Counted from the stretch's first letter, positions 1 to 13,674 are shown. The stretch is DNA of 64,000 bases from Octopus sinensis (GCF_006345805.1 NC_043003.1:40238001-40302000); one strand, 5' to 3'. Program-made: numbers and translations. Notes: generated by a model from the letters alone, not told the origin.

Positions 1-1030
1 AAATCTGGTGAAACTAGATCATCGGCTGATTGGGTGCATAGGGTCATAATTGCTTTTGACCCGACCCTATCAACCGCAGGCAACATTTTTACATTTAAGA
101 GCCTGGCAGGGCCGCCACTCAGGCCCCGACGGGTAGTGTCTTCTATCCACTCGGTCTCTATACCGGGTGGCAGCCCACACACCCAGGCACTTGTCAACTT
201 TCTACCGCCATAAGTAGGGAGAAACAAAATTTTCTCACCCCTCCGAAGGCATGCTCGCAAAATCACGAGCTTCCGCAGGGTGTCAAAAAGTACACACACA
301 GTTGCGTACTTCACACCTATGCGGATAAACCTAACAGTTGGCAGGGAGTCTGCCAACTCCTCCTCAATTTCTTCATGAGAGAAGACCTTGTCAAGGACCC
401 TAGAATAGGTCCTTAAAACCACCGTTCTCGCCGTATAATTTTTCAACCATTCTTTGGGGGCCACAACCTGCCACTCCAAAGCGAATTTCACAGTTGCCAT
501 GTTGATAGCCAAAGAAAAAATAAAAATCCACAAACAAAAATCAAAATGTTCAAATGAAAGTCTATAAAGAAATTCAAAAAAGATCAGAAAGACAGACAGG
601 AGAAGAAAGAGCGAAGGAAGATAGTCCAAAAAGGCAACACAACACAACACAATTCTGCTACTCTGGTAATACAAACTGGTAGTCCTTTGCAGCACAAATA
701 GTATTCCACCCAACTCTGGTTGTACTCCTATCCTTGATGGTAAAAATTCACTTGAAAGGGCACAAACACAGTCATAGAAAATTCCAAAATATTTTCGGAG
801 GGACACGCCTTCCAAAATAAACATTTCTCACTACGAAGTGAGCCTTCTTGCACGACCACTGGCAAACAAATGCCTGGAACCCAGTGAAGACCCCTGTTCG
901 AAAAAATACTTAAACACAAACAGCAGACCCCACTAAGCTCCCAAAAAACAAATGCTTTACCTGTGGTCGTGCTTCAAATATTCAATTTTTCACGTACGAC
1001 GTGAGTTCCACCGCGACGAAAAACAACTTG
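1..1030 (-). mobile_element. Tx1/L1-like LINE 5' portion (5'UTR plus frameshifted ORF1 N-terminus), continues off the window
   Basis: Minus strand from ATG at 500 reads, across frameshifts, MATVKFALEWQVV..RTVVLRTYSRVLDKVFSHEEIEEEL..FIRIGVKYATVCVLFDT..LFLPTYGGRK..GLPPGIETEW. This resembles the ORF1 upstream of the Tx1-like RT at 17540-19800. The UTR boundary is inferred. Confidence 0.6.
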
Positions 1031-1036
1031 GTAGCA

Positions 1037-1074
1037 GTAAGCTAGCTACTTACCACACAGCCACTCCTGCGCCT
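1037..1074 (-). mobile_element. Truncated tRNA-derived SINE head (A-box part only)
   Basis: AGGCGCAGGAGTGGCTGTGTGGTAAGTAGC matches the heads of the full SINEs at 7120-7548 and 47260-47690. Confidence 0.8.
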
Positions 1075-1134
1075 GTGTATGTATATGTATATGCATATAT
1101 ATGTATATATGCCTGTGTATATATCTTTGCATGC

Positions 1135-1238
<104 letters not shown>

Positions 1239-1415
1239 GTGTGTGTGTGTGTGCGTGTGCGTACGTGCGCACGATCAAAAAGAATACATTGAACTTGCTG
1301 TGAGGAGTGGAAAATCCAACGTTTCTGACTTAATCCTTCTTCACTGGAAAAGTTGAAATGAAGGAGGGAGCGAGCGAGAGAGAGAAAGATATATATATAT
1401 ATATATATATATATA

Positions 1416-1605
1416 GGGAGAGTTTACGAAAAAAAACAAAAGACGAAGACAGGTGGTGTACAAAACAAACAGATGTATTAGTATAACGCTCAAGAATAGA
1501 AAAAGTCTTTTACGTTTCGAGCCTATGCTCTTCTACAGAAAGGGACACAGAAAAAACAAGGAGAGAAAAAATGTGTGTAGTGGCTAACGATCTATCATGG
1601 CGACT
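1416..1605 (-). mobile_element. Penelope pLTR-like non-coding unit between (TA)n tracts, containing a hammerhead-like motif
   Basis: The tail CACCTGTCTTCGTCTTTTG recurs near 28860, 29985 (minus) and 55645; hammerhead-like fold at 1505-1546. Confidence 0.55.
1505..1546 (-). ncRNA. Minimal type I hammerhead-like motif with variant core CUGUAGA
   Basis: CUUU-CUGUAGA-A-GAGC(AUAG)GCUC-GAAA-CG-UA-AAAG. Stem I is CUUU/AAAG, stem II is GAGC/GCUC, stem III is palindromic ACGU. Confidence 0.5.
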
Positions 1606-1616
1606 CATATGTATAT

Positions 1617-1722
<106 letters not shown>

Positions 1723-2027
1723 GGAAGAGAGGGAAAGAGAAATTAATGAAAGACAGCAGAGTTCTACATTCTCTAAGTTAAAAAAAATATTGGCAGACAT
1801 TATCTCATTAATTTCCCTCCATTCCATATTTCCCCAGAAGAACTGTGTCCAAGACGTTAGATTTTCCACTCCTCACATCAAGGTCACTGTACTCATTGCA
1901 TCAGTTTTACGATATACATACATACAAACATACATACTCACATACATCCATGCTTACATACATATATACATATGTTTACACATATACATATATACACTCG
2001 CAAACACATACACACACATACATACAT

Positions 2028-2078
<51 letters not shown>

Positions 2079-2155
2079 CACACATACAGTATACTTTTGT
2101 ATCCATACAAGCGCTCTCCTCATTTACATGTACTCGTACACAACATAACACACGC

Positions 2156-2251
<96 letters not shown>

Positions 2252-2379
2252 AACACACACACAAGATACCAACCGAACCACACACAAAGGTAAACTGTCA
2301 GTATCAGAAATGTAAAACTAAAGTGTTAATTTATGCAAATATGTAAATTATACCACTTTAACTGTCCCTTAGTAATTAG

Positions 2380-5022
2380 TGTTATTGTTGGTGTTGATGT
2401 TGTTAATGTTAATATTATTGTTGAAGTCGTGGTGGTGGTGGTGGTGGTTGTTATGATGGCGTTGTTGTTGTTGAGGCGATAGCTGTGTGGTGTTCTTGGT
2501 GTGGTTCTGAGATAGTAGTGCTGTTGTTGTCGCTCTTTGAGGTGGTATCGTTAAAGGGTAGTGGTTGTGGTAGTGGTGGTGCCTGTCAGTGGTGGTTGTA
2601 GTGTTGTTTCTGTTGTTGTTGCTGGTGATGGTGTTGTTAGTGTTTTTTTGCTGCTGATATTGTGGTAGTAGTGGTGTTGGTGTTATATTGGTGTTGTGAT
2701 GGTGGTGTTGTGATGCTGGCGTTGTAATGTTGGTGTTGTAATTTGGAATTATGATGTGAGAGTTAGTTGTGATGTTGGTGTTGTGATGTTGGCATTGTGA
2801 TATTGGTGTTGTGATGTTAGCATTGTGATGGAGGTATTGCGATGCTGGTGTTGTGAATGTAGTGATGTTATATTGATGCTGTGATGTTGACGTTGTGATG
2901 TTGGTGTTGTATTGTTAATGTTGTGGCGTTGGAATTGTGATGTTGGTGCTGTGATGTTGATTTTGTGAAGCTGTTGTTATGTTGACGTTATGATGTTGGT
3001 GATGTCATGTTGGAGTTTTGGTGCTGGTGTTGTGATGTTGGTGTTGTGAGGCTAGTGTTGTGATGTCGGTGATGTGATACTGGTGTTGGTATGGTGTTGC
3101 TGTGATGTTAGAGTTGTGATGGTGGTGTTGTGATGTTGGTGATGTAACGTTCGTGTTGTGATGTTGGTGTTGTGATGCTGGTGTTGTGATGCTGGTGTTG
3201 TGATGCTGTTGTTGTGATGCTGTTGTTGTGGTGTTGTCACCGTTGATGTTGCTGTGATGGTACAGATGGTGGTAGTAATGATGATGGTGTGTTGTTGTTG
3301 TTCTTGTTGTAGGAGCGACGTAATAGTGATGGTATTGATATCTGATGGTGACGAGCGTAATGTTGTTGTTCGTGTTGTTATAGTTGGTGTTACTGTTGAC
3401 GGCCGATTTGTTGCTAACGCGGCGTTTCCATGATCGTGGTAGTGATGATGTAGTGATGGGGGATGTACATGTTATTGTTAAAACTGTTGTTTGGTGATGT
3501 TATCGGAGTTGGATGTCGATGGTCTTTTTGTTGCTGTTGTTGTGGCTACAATTTTGGCGGTGGTGGCGTTGTGGCGATGGTGGTGTTGTGGAGGGGGCAG
3601 CGTTGTGACTCTAGTGTTATTTATGTTATTGTTACTGTTGTGATTGTGGTATTGGCAGGTGTTCTGTTACTGCTGTAGTGTTGATGGCAGTGGTGATGGT
3701 GGTGGTAGTGGTGGTGGTGGTGGTGACCTGCAGTTGTTGATATAACGGCGAGATAGTGGTAGATGAGTTAGTTGTGAAGGCCTCTATGTTGCTGCTGGAG
3801 GTGAAGGCGGTACTAGCAGTAGTCTTGTGTTGTTTGTGTTATTGGTGCTGGAGTTGTGTGATGTTGTGGTTGGAATTATTAAAGGTGTTGTTGCTGTTGT
3901 GGCGATGGTGGTGCTGATATTGTTGTTGTTGTTGTTGTTGTTCTCAGTTTTCCTAGTTGTAGTGGAGATGTTGGCGGCATTTTCGTTACTACCGTGGTAT
4001 AGAGGTGGTGGCGGTGTTGCTGTTGTTGTTGGTGGTGTTGTTGGTGGTGATGTTGGTGGTAGTGTTGGTGTTGGTGGTGATGTTGGTGGTAGTGTTGGTG
4101 TTGGTGGTGATGTTGGTGGTAGTGTTGGTGTTGGTGGTGATTGTGGTAATGATAGTGTTGTAGAAATGGTGGCTGTGGTGGTGTTGGTGGTGTTGGTGTT
4201 GGTGTTGGTGGTGGTGTTGGTGGTAGTGTTGTGGTGGTGGTGGTGTTGGTGTTGGTGCTGGTGGTAGTGTTGGTGGATGTGTTGGCGGTGGTTGTAGGTG
4301 TGGTAATGGTAGTGTTGTAGAAATGATGGCTGTGGTGGTGTTGGTGTTGGTGGTGGTTTTGGTGGTGGTGTTGGTGGTGTTGGTGGTGTTGGTGGTGTTG
4401 GTGGTGTTGGTGCTGGTGGTAGTGTTGGTGATAGTGTTGTTGGTGGTTGTGGGTGTGGTAATGGTAGTGTTGTAGAAATGATGACTGTGGTGGTGGTGAT
4501 ATGGTGGTTTTGGAGGTGGTGTTGGTGGTGGAGTTGGTGGTTATGGTGTTGGTGATGGTGGTGGTGGTGTTGGTGGTGGTGTCGGTGGTAGTGTTGGTGG
4601 TGGTGTTGGTGGTGGTGTTGGTGTTGGTGTTGGTGGTAGTGTTGGTGGTGGTGGTGTCGGTGGTAGTGTTGGTGGTGGTGTTGGTGGTGGTTGTGGTTGT
4701 AGTAATGGTAGTGTTGTTGAAATGATGGCTGTGGTGGTGGTGGTAGTGGTGGTGGTGGTGGTGCTGCTGCTGCCGGTATTGGTAGTAATGGTATTGCAAA
4801 TGGCGTCTCTGTTGTTACTGTTGTTATTATTTTATTATTCTATGTTGTTTCTGCTGTGTTTATTGTTGCTATTTTTGTTGTTGATGTTGTCGTTGTTACT
4901 TTTACTATTCTCGTTAATGTTGCTGTTGTTGTTGTTGTTGTTGTTACTATTACTGCCGCTTTTTGCTGTTATTTTAGTTCTTGATGTTCTAGTTGTTGTT
5001 GTAGCCGTTGTTACAATCGTTA

Positions 5023-5078
<56 letters not shown>

Positions 5079-5720
5079 CGTCATCATCATCATCATCATT
5101 ATTATTATTATTATCATCATCATTATTATTATTATTATTATTATCATCATCATCATCATTATTATTATTATTATTATTATTATCATTATTATTATTATTA
5201 TTATTATTGTTCCCGTTGTTTTTACTATTATTGGCGTTTTTGTTGTTTAATATAGATCTTGTTGTTGTTGTTGCTATTGTTGTTGATGTTACGCTTGCTC
5301 TGATCTTCGCTTCGTTGTAGTTGCCGCCGCCGCCGCTGTTGTTGTTTTTGTTGTTGTTACTGCTATTGCCGTTTTTTTTGCTGATGTTTTTACTTTTCAT
5401 TGTTGCTGTTGTTGTAGTACCTGCACTGGTCTTTGCTTTGTTGTTGTTGTTGTTGTTGTTGTTGTAGCTGCTGCTGCTGTTATTGTTGTTATTGTTGCTG
5501 TTGTTGTTGTTGCTTTTGTTGTAGATTTTTACACCATGTACACATAATTAATTTTCGCTGTATCAGAGATCAAACGATGTAAAGGTATTGTATTTGTCGG
5601 TTATTCACGATAGACGCCGTTGTTGTTGTTGTTGTTGTTGTTGTTATTCTTGTTGTTGTTTTATAGATGTTGTTGTTGTTGCTATGGTCTTATATCTGTT
5701 GCTGATGTTGTTATCCCCTC
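2380..5720. repeat. Long GT-rich low-complexity tract: (GTT)n/(GGT)n/(ATT)n with an embedded ~14-bp minisatellite and a recurring ~40-bp anchor
   Basis: GATGTTGGTGTTGT units at about 2690-3240. GTGGTAATGGTAGTGTTGTAGAAATGATGGCTGTGG-like anchor near 4143, 4300, 4455 and 4700. Confidence 0.9.
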
Positions 5721-6125
5721 CCCACCCCACCACACCTTTTTTTTCTTTTGCTGCTTTTATTTTATTTTATTTTATTTTATTTTATTTTATTTTATTCTAT
5801 TTTATTTACTTTCTTTCTGTTTCAAAAAAGTCTGATCTGATAACTTCTCCAGTGATAATTTGCATACAATGGGATACATACACGCATGCACACACACACA
5901 CACACACAAATTTAAATACAAACATATACACACATACGCCCGCCCACGTACATTTATACATACACGGCGACACATACATGAATGTGTGTGTGGTGTGTGT
6001 GTGTGTGTGTGTACATATATTTGCATATATACATACCCACATTTTACATTTTATACATACTTAGAAATATAAGCATACGCATATAATCTATGTGTGCATA
6101 TATACAGATGTCTCTGTGTATATAT

Positions 6126-6178
<53 letters not shown>

Positions 6179-6425
6179 AGAAAGAAAGAGAGAAGTGTGT
6201 GTATATATACAAGTATATATTTTTTAAATACACATATACCTTTCTATCTCTCCTTGTCGCTATGCGTATGTGTGTGTGTGTGTGTGTGTATGTGTGTGTA
6301 TTTATATGAAATACACACACACATACACACACATAAAAGCACACACACACATGCATAGAGACAAGGAGAGATAGAAAGGTATATGTGTATTTATGCGTGT
6401 TCACACACGCACACACACATACACA

Positions 6426-6538
<113 letters not shown>

Positions 6539-6569
6539 GAAAATGAAAGAATTATATTTTAATTTTCAT

Positions 6570-6816
6570 ATTTTGATTGTCTCAGTCATTAGACTACGGC
6601 CAAGCTGGGGCGACCCCTTGAAGATTTTTTTAGTCGAATGAATCGTCTCCAGTACTTATTTCTATTTTTAAAGCCTGGCATCTATTCTAAAATATCTTTT
6701 GCTGAACTGCTAAGTTAAGGGGACGTAAACACACTAATACCGGTTGTCAAGTGGAGGTGCGGTACAAATACAGATACAAATACAGATACAAAGACATAAA
6801 CACACACACACACACA

Positions 6817-6854
<38 letters not shown>

Positions 6855-7045
6855 CACACACACATACACACAAATGCACATATATACGACAGCTTGTTTT
6901 TGTCACTGTTTCCCAAATCCATTCACAGGGGCTTGGTCGCTCCGAGGCTTTAGTAGACAACACATGACCAAAGTGCCACGCAGCGAGATCGAAACCAGAA
7001 CCGTACGGTTGGGAAGCAAGCTTCTTACCAATACAACTACATCTG
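6570..7045 (-). mobile_element. Diverged tRNA-derived SINE with internal (CA)n
   Basis: Colinear with 7120-7548 (CAGTCATT.GACT.CGGCCA..CTGG; GGGACGTAAACAC; CAAATCCA.TCACA). Confidence 0.75.
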
Positions 7046-7119
7046 CAATTGTAAAAAAAAAACATTTAAAAAATAATTTGCATAGTAAGAACTCAATAAA
7101 GTGGGTAGTTTATATATAT

Positions 7120-7548
7120 ACTTTACTCTTTAATTTGTTTCAGTCATTTGACTGCGGCCATGCTGGAACACCGCCTTTAGTCGAACAAATCGACCCCCAG
7201 GACTTATTCTTTGTAAGCCTAGTACTAATTCTATCGATCTCTCTTAGGCTAAGTTACGAGGACGTAAACACACCAGCATCGGTTGTCAAGCGATGGTGGG
7301 GGACAAACACAGACATGCAAACATCCACACGCACGCACAGACGCGCGCGCACACACAACCACACACACACACACACCACAATACGACGGGCTTCTTTCAG
7401 TTTCCGTCTACCAAATCCACTCACAAAGAGCTTTGGTCGGCGCGAGTCTATAGCAGAAGACACTTGCCCAAGGTGCCACGCAATGGGACTGAACCCGGAA
7501 CCATGTGGTTGGTAAGCAAACTACTTACCACACAGCCACTCCTGCACC
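7120..7548 (-). mobile_element. Full-length tRNA-derived SINE (family with AGGCGCAGGAGTGGCTG head)
   Basis: A-box TGGCTGTGTGGTAAG and B-box-like GGTTCAGTCCC on the minus strand; similar copies at 22392-22748 and 47260-47690. Confidence 0.85.
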
Positions 7549-7553
7549 TGAAC

Positions 7554-7681
<128 letters not shown>

Positions 7682-7865
7682 TATATATATATATATTATT
7701 ATATATATATATATAAGCAACATAAGCTAATATATATATATATATATACGCACGCACACACATATATCCGTTTATATATATATATAAATTAATAAATAAA
7801 AACAGATGCATATATACATACATATATGTACGTACCTACCTCTGCATGTATATATACATGCATAT

Positions 7866-8032
7866 ATGGGTACAGGACACCAAAAAACGTCGAACACAAT
7901 GAGGAACGAAAACATAAACACAAAACCAAGGAACAGGACATTTTTCTTAAACAACGAAAAAAAGAGTACAGGACAAATAACACAAGGAAAATTCCCCTTC
8001 TTCAGTCGCCATGGTTTCATCTACTCTGCGTT

Positions 8033-8036
<4 letters not shown>
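7866..8036 (-). mobile_element. Penelope-like terminal fragment embedded in (TA)n
   Basis: Homologous to 33612-33770 and to both halves of 29551-29770; carries a GAAACGC...CTGAAGA motif. Confidence 0.5.
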
Positions 8037-8086
<50 letters not shown>

Positions 8087-8241
8087 CATGTGTGTGTATA
8101 TATATATATATATATATACATACACATATACATATGTATGTATATACGTTTATATCCTTAGTTATATAAATAAATATATATATATATATAATATAATATA
8201 TATATAAATATAAATATATATATACACACCACTTTCTCACC

Positions 8242-8275
<34 letters not shown>

Positions 8276-8936
8276 ATATACACGTTTGTATCAATATTTA
8301 TACACCTGATTCCATGTAATTTACACGTACATACCCTTATACGCAGGGTTAGACACCCAAATACGTATATGTACACACACATACTATGAATGTGTGTGTA
8401 TATGTGTGTGTGTGTGAGTGTCCATGTGTACGATTGTATGTGTGTGAGTGAATGTGTAAATATATAGTTAAAGGGTGAAAGCGTAGGTGTATGTGTCTGC
8501 ATTTGTGTGTGACTGTGTATGTATATATCTGTTTATATTCATATGAGTATGTATATGTGCGTATATATGAAAATGTTTTCTCTGTGTGTGTGTGCGTGCG
8601 TGTGCGTGTTTGCGTCTGTATGTATGTGAGCGCAAGTGTGGGTACATTTGTGGGTGCGTATTTGGATGTGCTTTAGCATGCATAGTGAAGTAAATGTGTA
8701 TACATGTATGTATGTATGTATGTATGTATGTATGTATGTATGTATGTATGTATGTATGTATGTATGCACCTATGTATGTATTATGTATGTATGTATGTGT
8801 GTGTGCGTGTGTGTGTATGTATTTGTCTACGTCTGTATACATATATGGATGCGTGTGGGTAAAAGTATGCATATACATGCGTATATATTGGTATATATTA
8901 ACGTGTGTGTATATGCGTGTGCGTGTGTGTATATAT

Positions 8937-8968
<32 letters not shown>

Positions 8969-8971
8969 TAT

Positions 8972-9008
<37 letters not shown>

Positions 9009-9216
9009 CCTATGTATATATATACATATATATATACATATATATACATATATATATACATATATATATACATATATATATATATACATATATACATATA
9101 CATATATACATATACATATATACATATATATATATATTATGTATGTATATGTATGCATACATCTTTTATACCAAGACAAATCAATGTACATGTATATACA
9201 TACATACATACATACA

Positions 9217-9252
<36 letters not shown>

Positions 9253-9327
9253 TATGTATATACTCATACACACACATAATCACACACATACACATATATA
9301 TGTATGCATGCATTTGTAATAGTGTGT

Positions 9328-9361
<34 letters not shown>

Positions 9362-9814
9362 ATGTGGTTTGTGTGTGTGTGCCTAAACATGTGTACGGTT
9401 TGGATGGCCATTTGAACCAGCCGTATTGAATATTCATATATATTTTAATGTAACATTAATATACATCTACCATCCATTAGTAGAAGACTACAAGTAAAAC
9501 AGAACGTTAGCGCAATTCCCACCCATCCGCGCATCCACCTCTGTCTAAAACCCCATTAATCCCCCAATCACTATTGTTCTTCGATGATTTTTGTATGTTG
9601 TTTTAAAAACATTTTAATTAAATTTATCGGTTTTTAAGGTTTTTCTCCCCATTTTTCTTATTTTCTTATTTTCTTATTGACTTCAATGCTTTTCTTTCTT
9701 AAATCGTTATTGCAATATATATTATATTTTATATGAATGCACACATATATCTATGTATATATATATATATATATATATATGTATGCGTCTAAACACACAC
9801 ACACAGACAGAAGA

Positions 9815-9847
<33 letters not shown>

Positions 9848-10034
9848 TAAACAGACAGACAGACAGACAGACACACACACACACACACACACGGCGGTTA
9901 GTAATAATGGTTCTCGACCACAGTCAGAAAAACCATATATTTTTCGAGAAGGTACAGTCGTGTACAGCGCTCATTTTGTCGACGCTGGACAAACTACTAC
10001 TACTAGTACTACTACTACCACCACCACCACGACA

Positions 10035-10090
<56 letters not shown>

Positions 10091-10388
10091 CCCACAACCA
10101 CTACTACTACTTGTTGTTCTGGTGGTGGTGGCTGTTAGTAAAATATGCAGATGGTCTGTAATTTCGTCTTTTATTTCATGCCCCAAAGGGAAAGAGAGGT
10201 AGAGTCAACCTTGTCGGTATTTGAACTCAAAAAGTAAGCGAAAGGGAGTGGGGTTAATCGCTTAATCCCAGTGCTTAAGTACCATTTTATTTTATCCCCC
10301 TCGGAGTGGAGAAAGTCAAGGCCTTGACTTCAGTGGGATTTTCACTCAGAATCTGAAAAATGCTCTAAGGCATTTTGTCCGACACTGT

Positions 10389-10494
<106 letters not shown>

Positions 10495-10509
10495 TAATAA
10501 TAATAATAA

Positions 10510-11057
10510 TGCCTCGATGCTGTACCAGGCAGTGGCGCTCGTGGCTTCTGATCTTAACTGATTGGAAGTGTTATCATGTACATTGTTTTGTCTTGGTATA
10601 AAAGATGGGCTACAGCAAATATTCTGCACAATACCACAGATTTGCTTGTCAGTTGTTTGACCTTAACCAGTTGAGCATGTCCCTTAGTGGATGACGATAT
10701 ATATGCATCTCTGATCACGAGCAGAAGTAGTGAGGGAGCATCATAGCCGTGTGTTGAAAGGAATTCTTAGAGATTTAGATAATTCACCTCTGGAAACATG
10801 GGTGGTTCATTCAATATCATTAAACAATCCTTATTCAGGGACCTTTTGAGTTTGATGGGCTACTCGACCAGAAGGAAAATCTAACTGGGCCCCACCTGCA
10901 GGGTCATGCGCTGTTAATCTTGATATGAGATCACCATGTCGTGCACATATGGTTGTGATGCATTTGCCTAGTGTACCCTTATCAGACGGGTAGTCACTGG
11001 GCTTCTTATATTTTACCCCAGTGTCACTTTGATGGCATGCACTGCTCTCTCACTCAA
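10510..11057. mobile_element. Dispersed non-coding repeat flanked by (TAA)n/(CAA)n; a second truncated copy lies at 11893-12146
   Basis: Close match of 10510-10760 to 11893-12146; an inverted fragment at about 9160-9192. Confidence 0.75.
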
Positions 11058-11095
11058 TAACAACAACAACAACAACAACAACAACTACAACAACC

Positions 11096-11712
11096 GTGTG
11101 GCATATTACCAGTCAATGTACGTCACTAGCTCAAAGAATATAAGAGACGTCATGACAATATACCAAGGATTGTCTGTTGGATACTTTGCAACAGGTATGG
11201 ACTTGATAGAGCAAAAAAAGTGGTATGAACATAAACCCGAAGGCATCATCGAAAATGATAATGCAAAGATTCTGTGGGATTTTATGATTCAGTGCGACCA
11301 TGAGATAGAGAATAGGAAACTAGGCATAGTGTTAATCGAGGAAGAAAGCAAACTATGCTAGATCATAGATATAGCATGTCCAGCTGACAACAAGGTATGC
11401 GATAAGGAAGAAAGAAAAGTCGATAGATATAACAAGTTAGCTTGGGAGGTTAAGCAGTTGTGGTCATTGAAAAAGGTGGTAGTAGTATCAATAATTATCG
11501 GAGCCCTGGGAACAGTGAGTAAAAGTCTTGAGAAGTACGTGGAAGAAATAGGGGCTGCAATAAGGATGGAGCACTTCCAGAAACAGCACTGCTTTGAACC
11601 GCTCGAATACACCGGATGGTGCACGAAAAATAAAGGGTGTTGCCTTAGTTCACTGGTAGTGAACAGCTGACACCGTAGAACATTTCCAGCGTTAAAAGCT
11701 GTGCAAAGACAA
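11096..11712 (+). mobile_element. 3' fragment of an R4/Dong-clade LINE (restriction-like endonuclease domain), pseudogenised
   Basis: KWYEHKPEGIIENDNAKILWDFMIQCDHEIENRKLGIVLIE..*IIDIACPAD..KVDRYNKLAWEVKQLW..IIIGALGTV is a typical RLE domain (the RxPD motif has decayed). Flanked by (CAA)n/(TAA)n. Confidence 0.85.
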
Positions 11713-11731
11713 TATAATATTAATGATGATG

Positions 11732-11820
<89 letters not shown>

Positions 11821-11857
11821 AACAACAACAGCAACAACAACAACAACAACAACAACG

Positions 11858-11893
<36 letters not shown>

Positions 11894-12149
11894 TGCCCTG
11901 GTGCAGTACCAGGCAGTGGCTCTCATGGCTTCTGATCGTAACTGATTGGAAGTGTTATCATGCACATTGTTTTGTCTTGGTATAAAAGATGGGCGACAGC
12001 AAATATTCTGCTTAATACCACAGATTTGCTTGTCAGTTGCTTGACCTTAACCAGTTGACCATGTCCCTTAGTGGCTGACGATATACATGCATCTCTGATC
12101 ACGAGCAGAAGTAGTGGGGGAGCATCATAGCCATGTGTTGAGAGAGTCA

Positions 12150-13130
12150 TGTTATATCTATTTCTGGTGGAATTTCCTCCACTGTGATTTTTTTAGTTAT
12201 GTCTACCTAAATAAGTCGGTAGCAGTACTATTACTGAAAGCTCCTTCGTCCTTCATTTTTTAGGTGGACGATAATGGTTGCAAATTTGCGACCTCTGGTG
12301 ATAAATGCAATGTCCCACCATATTGGTTGCAAGCATTTCTCGACCCCCTCTCTTCACGCATTGTCCAACTTTTTAGTTTTAATTTTCAGACATTTAAAAC
12401 CAATTAATTTTTTTTGTCGTGTTTTCAAATCATACCCCTCCCTCCCGAACATATTTTTGAATTGGTTTAACTATTCATTTGTCATGTTTAAGGTTTTCCT
12501 TTTTAGTCTTGCTACTGCAGCGAAATTAGACTCAATTGTATCAACAATTTTCCCGTTCAAAAATTCTTCGCCCGACGGCATGGTCAAAACTTTATCAGAA
12601 GGCATTTTAAAATTGGTTTCCTCATATATTTTTTTCTTTGGGGTTGGAGAGAAGCCCTTGAACAAGAGAATAAATAATTCCCCTCCTCAAGAGGGGAATA
12701 ACGTTCAAAATTCTGCTAAACGCGATAAAACAAGGTGTTTTGTTTAAAAAAAAACACACAACAAATGAAACAACAGCAAATTCAACAATTAAATTAACAA
12801 TAACCAGCAATTTACAGTATAATACACCAACAGAACGGAGAAATAGCGAATACATTTTATTTCAACCACAAGGGGGCAGTACAAATGGGTCTGGGTATCG
12901 AATGCTGTTACACAAAAGTGTATCTAAAAATGTTATGATAATATAAAACGAATGAAGGGACAGACATATCACAACACAGTGGGGGAACTGTTCCGACTCT
13001 GCAAGAGACGTTCCACCACTGAACCTGTTGTTTTGACTTTTCCTGGATAGCACTCACGTAGGACCATTCATTCCCAACATGCGATCCACTTGCACTCACC
13101 TTTTACCGAATCTGTCCGATGACAGACACT
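12150..13130 (-). mobile_element. Tx1/L1-like LINE 5'UTR plus ORF1 N-terminal relic
   Basis: ..EGVEKCLQPIWWDIAFITRGRKFATIIVHLK aligns with RKKFGTIVVRFK (about 19190) and IGVKYATVCVLF (about 300). Confidence 0.55.
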
Positions 13131-13379
13131 TCTTTTCTAGAAGGAAGACAAAAATGTTGGTCAATCCTTGGTTAGAAATGAAAGCGTCTTTCATACGTGC
13201 CTGATAAGTCAATAATGTGTTTATTTTAATTTGTTTCTAAATGAAAGTAGAGCTGTGTTGATGGCGTAGATAATGTACAATCAGTTGTTCTTATTTCATA
13301 TTTCCCGCAACGATGAACGGCAAAGTCGACTTTGTTTCTATTTATACTCAGAAAAATTGCTTATCCTATTTTTCCTGTT

Positions 13380-13424
<45 letters not shown>

Positions 13425-13432
13425 AGACACAG

Positions 13433-13465
<33 letters not shown>

Positions 13466-13601
13466 CACTTACGTACATGAATAATTGGAAATCCTGTTAG
13501 GTATATGGATCCAATCGTCCTTGTACAGACACACACAAGAAAAGCGTTTTTGAATAAGTAAAAAAACAAAACAAAACGTAAATAAACAAGCGTGCACACA
13601 C

Positions 13602-13674
13602 TTCTGAAACTCGGAAGCGAACCAGAGACCTTTAGATCTGCAGTCTAACGCTCTCCCAACTGAACTATCTCGGC
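13602..13674 (-). tRNA. tRNA-Phe-derived pseudogene with GCA (Cys) anticodon
   Basis: GCCGAGATAGTTCAGTTGGGAGAGCGTTAGACTGCAGATCTAAAGGTCTCTGGTTCGCTTCCGAGTTTCAGAA is a eukaryotic tRNA-Phe(GAA) body with GAA>GCA, acceptor-stem mismatches and a B-box change. Confidence 0.85.

Noticed and set aside
3879-4799. 306-aa His/Gln/Thr-rich ORF (mucin- or histidine-rich-protein-like)
   Set aside because: It arises from a stop-poor simple-repeat tract that is also open on the other strand, with no splice or domain support.
6751-7515. 254-aa ORF
   Set aside because: Antisense read-through of two adjacent SINE copies.
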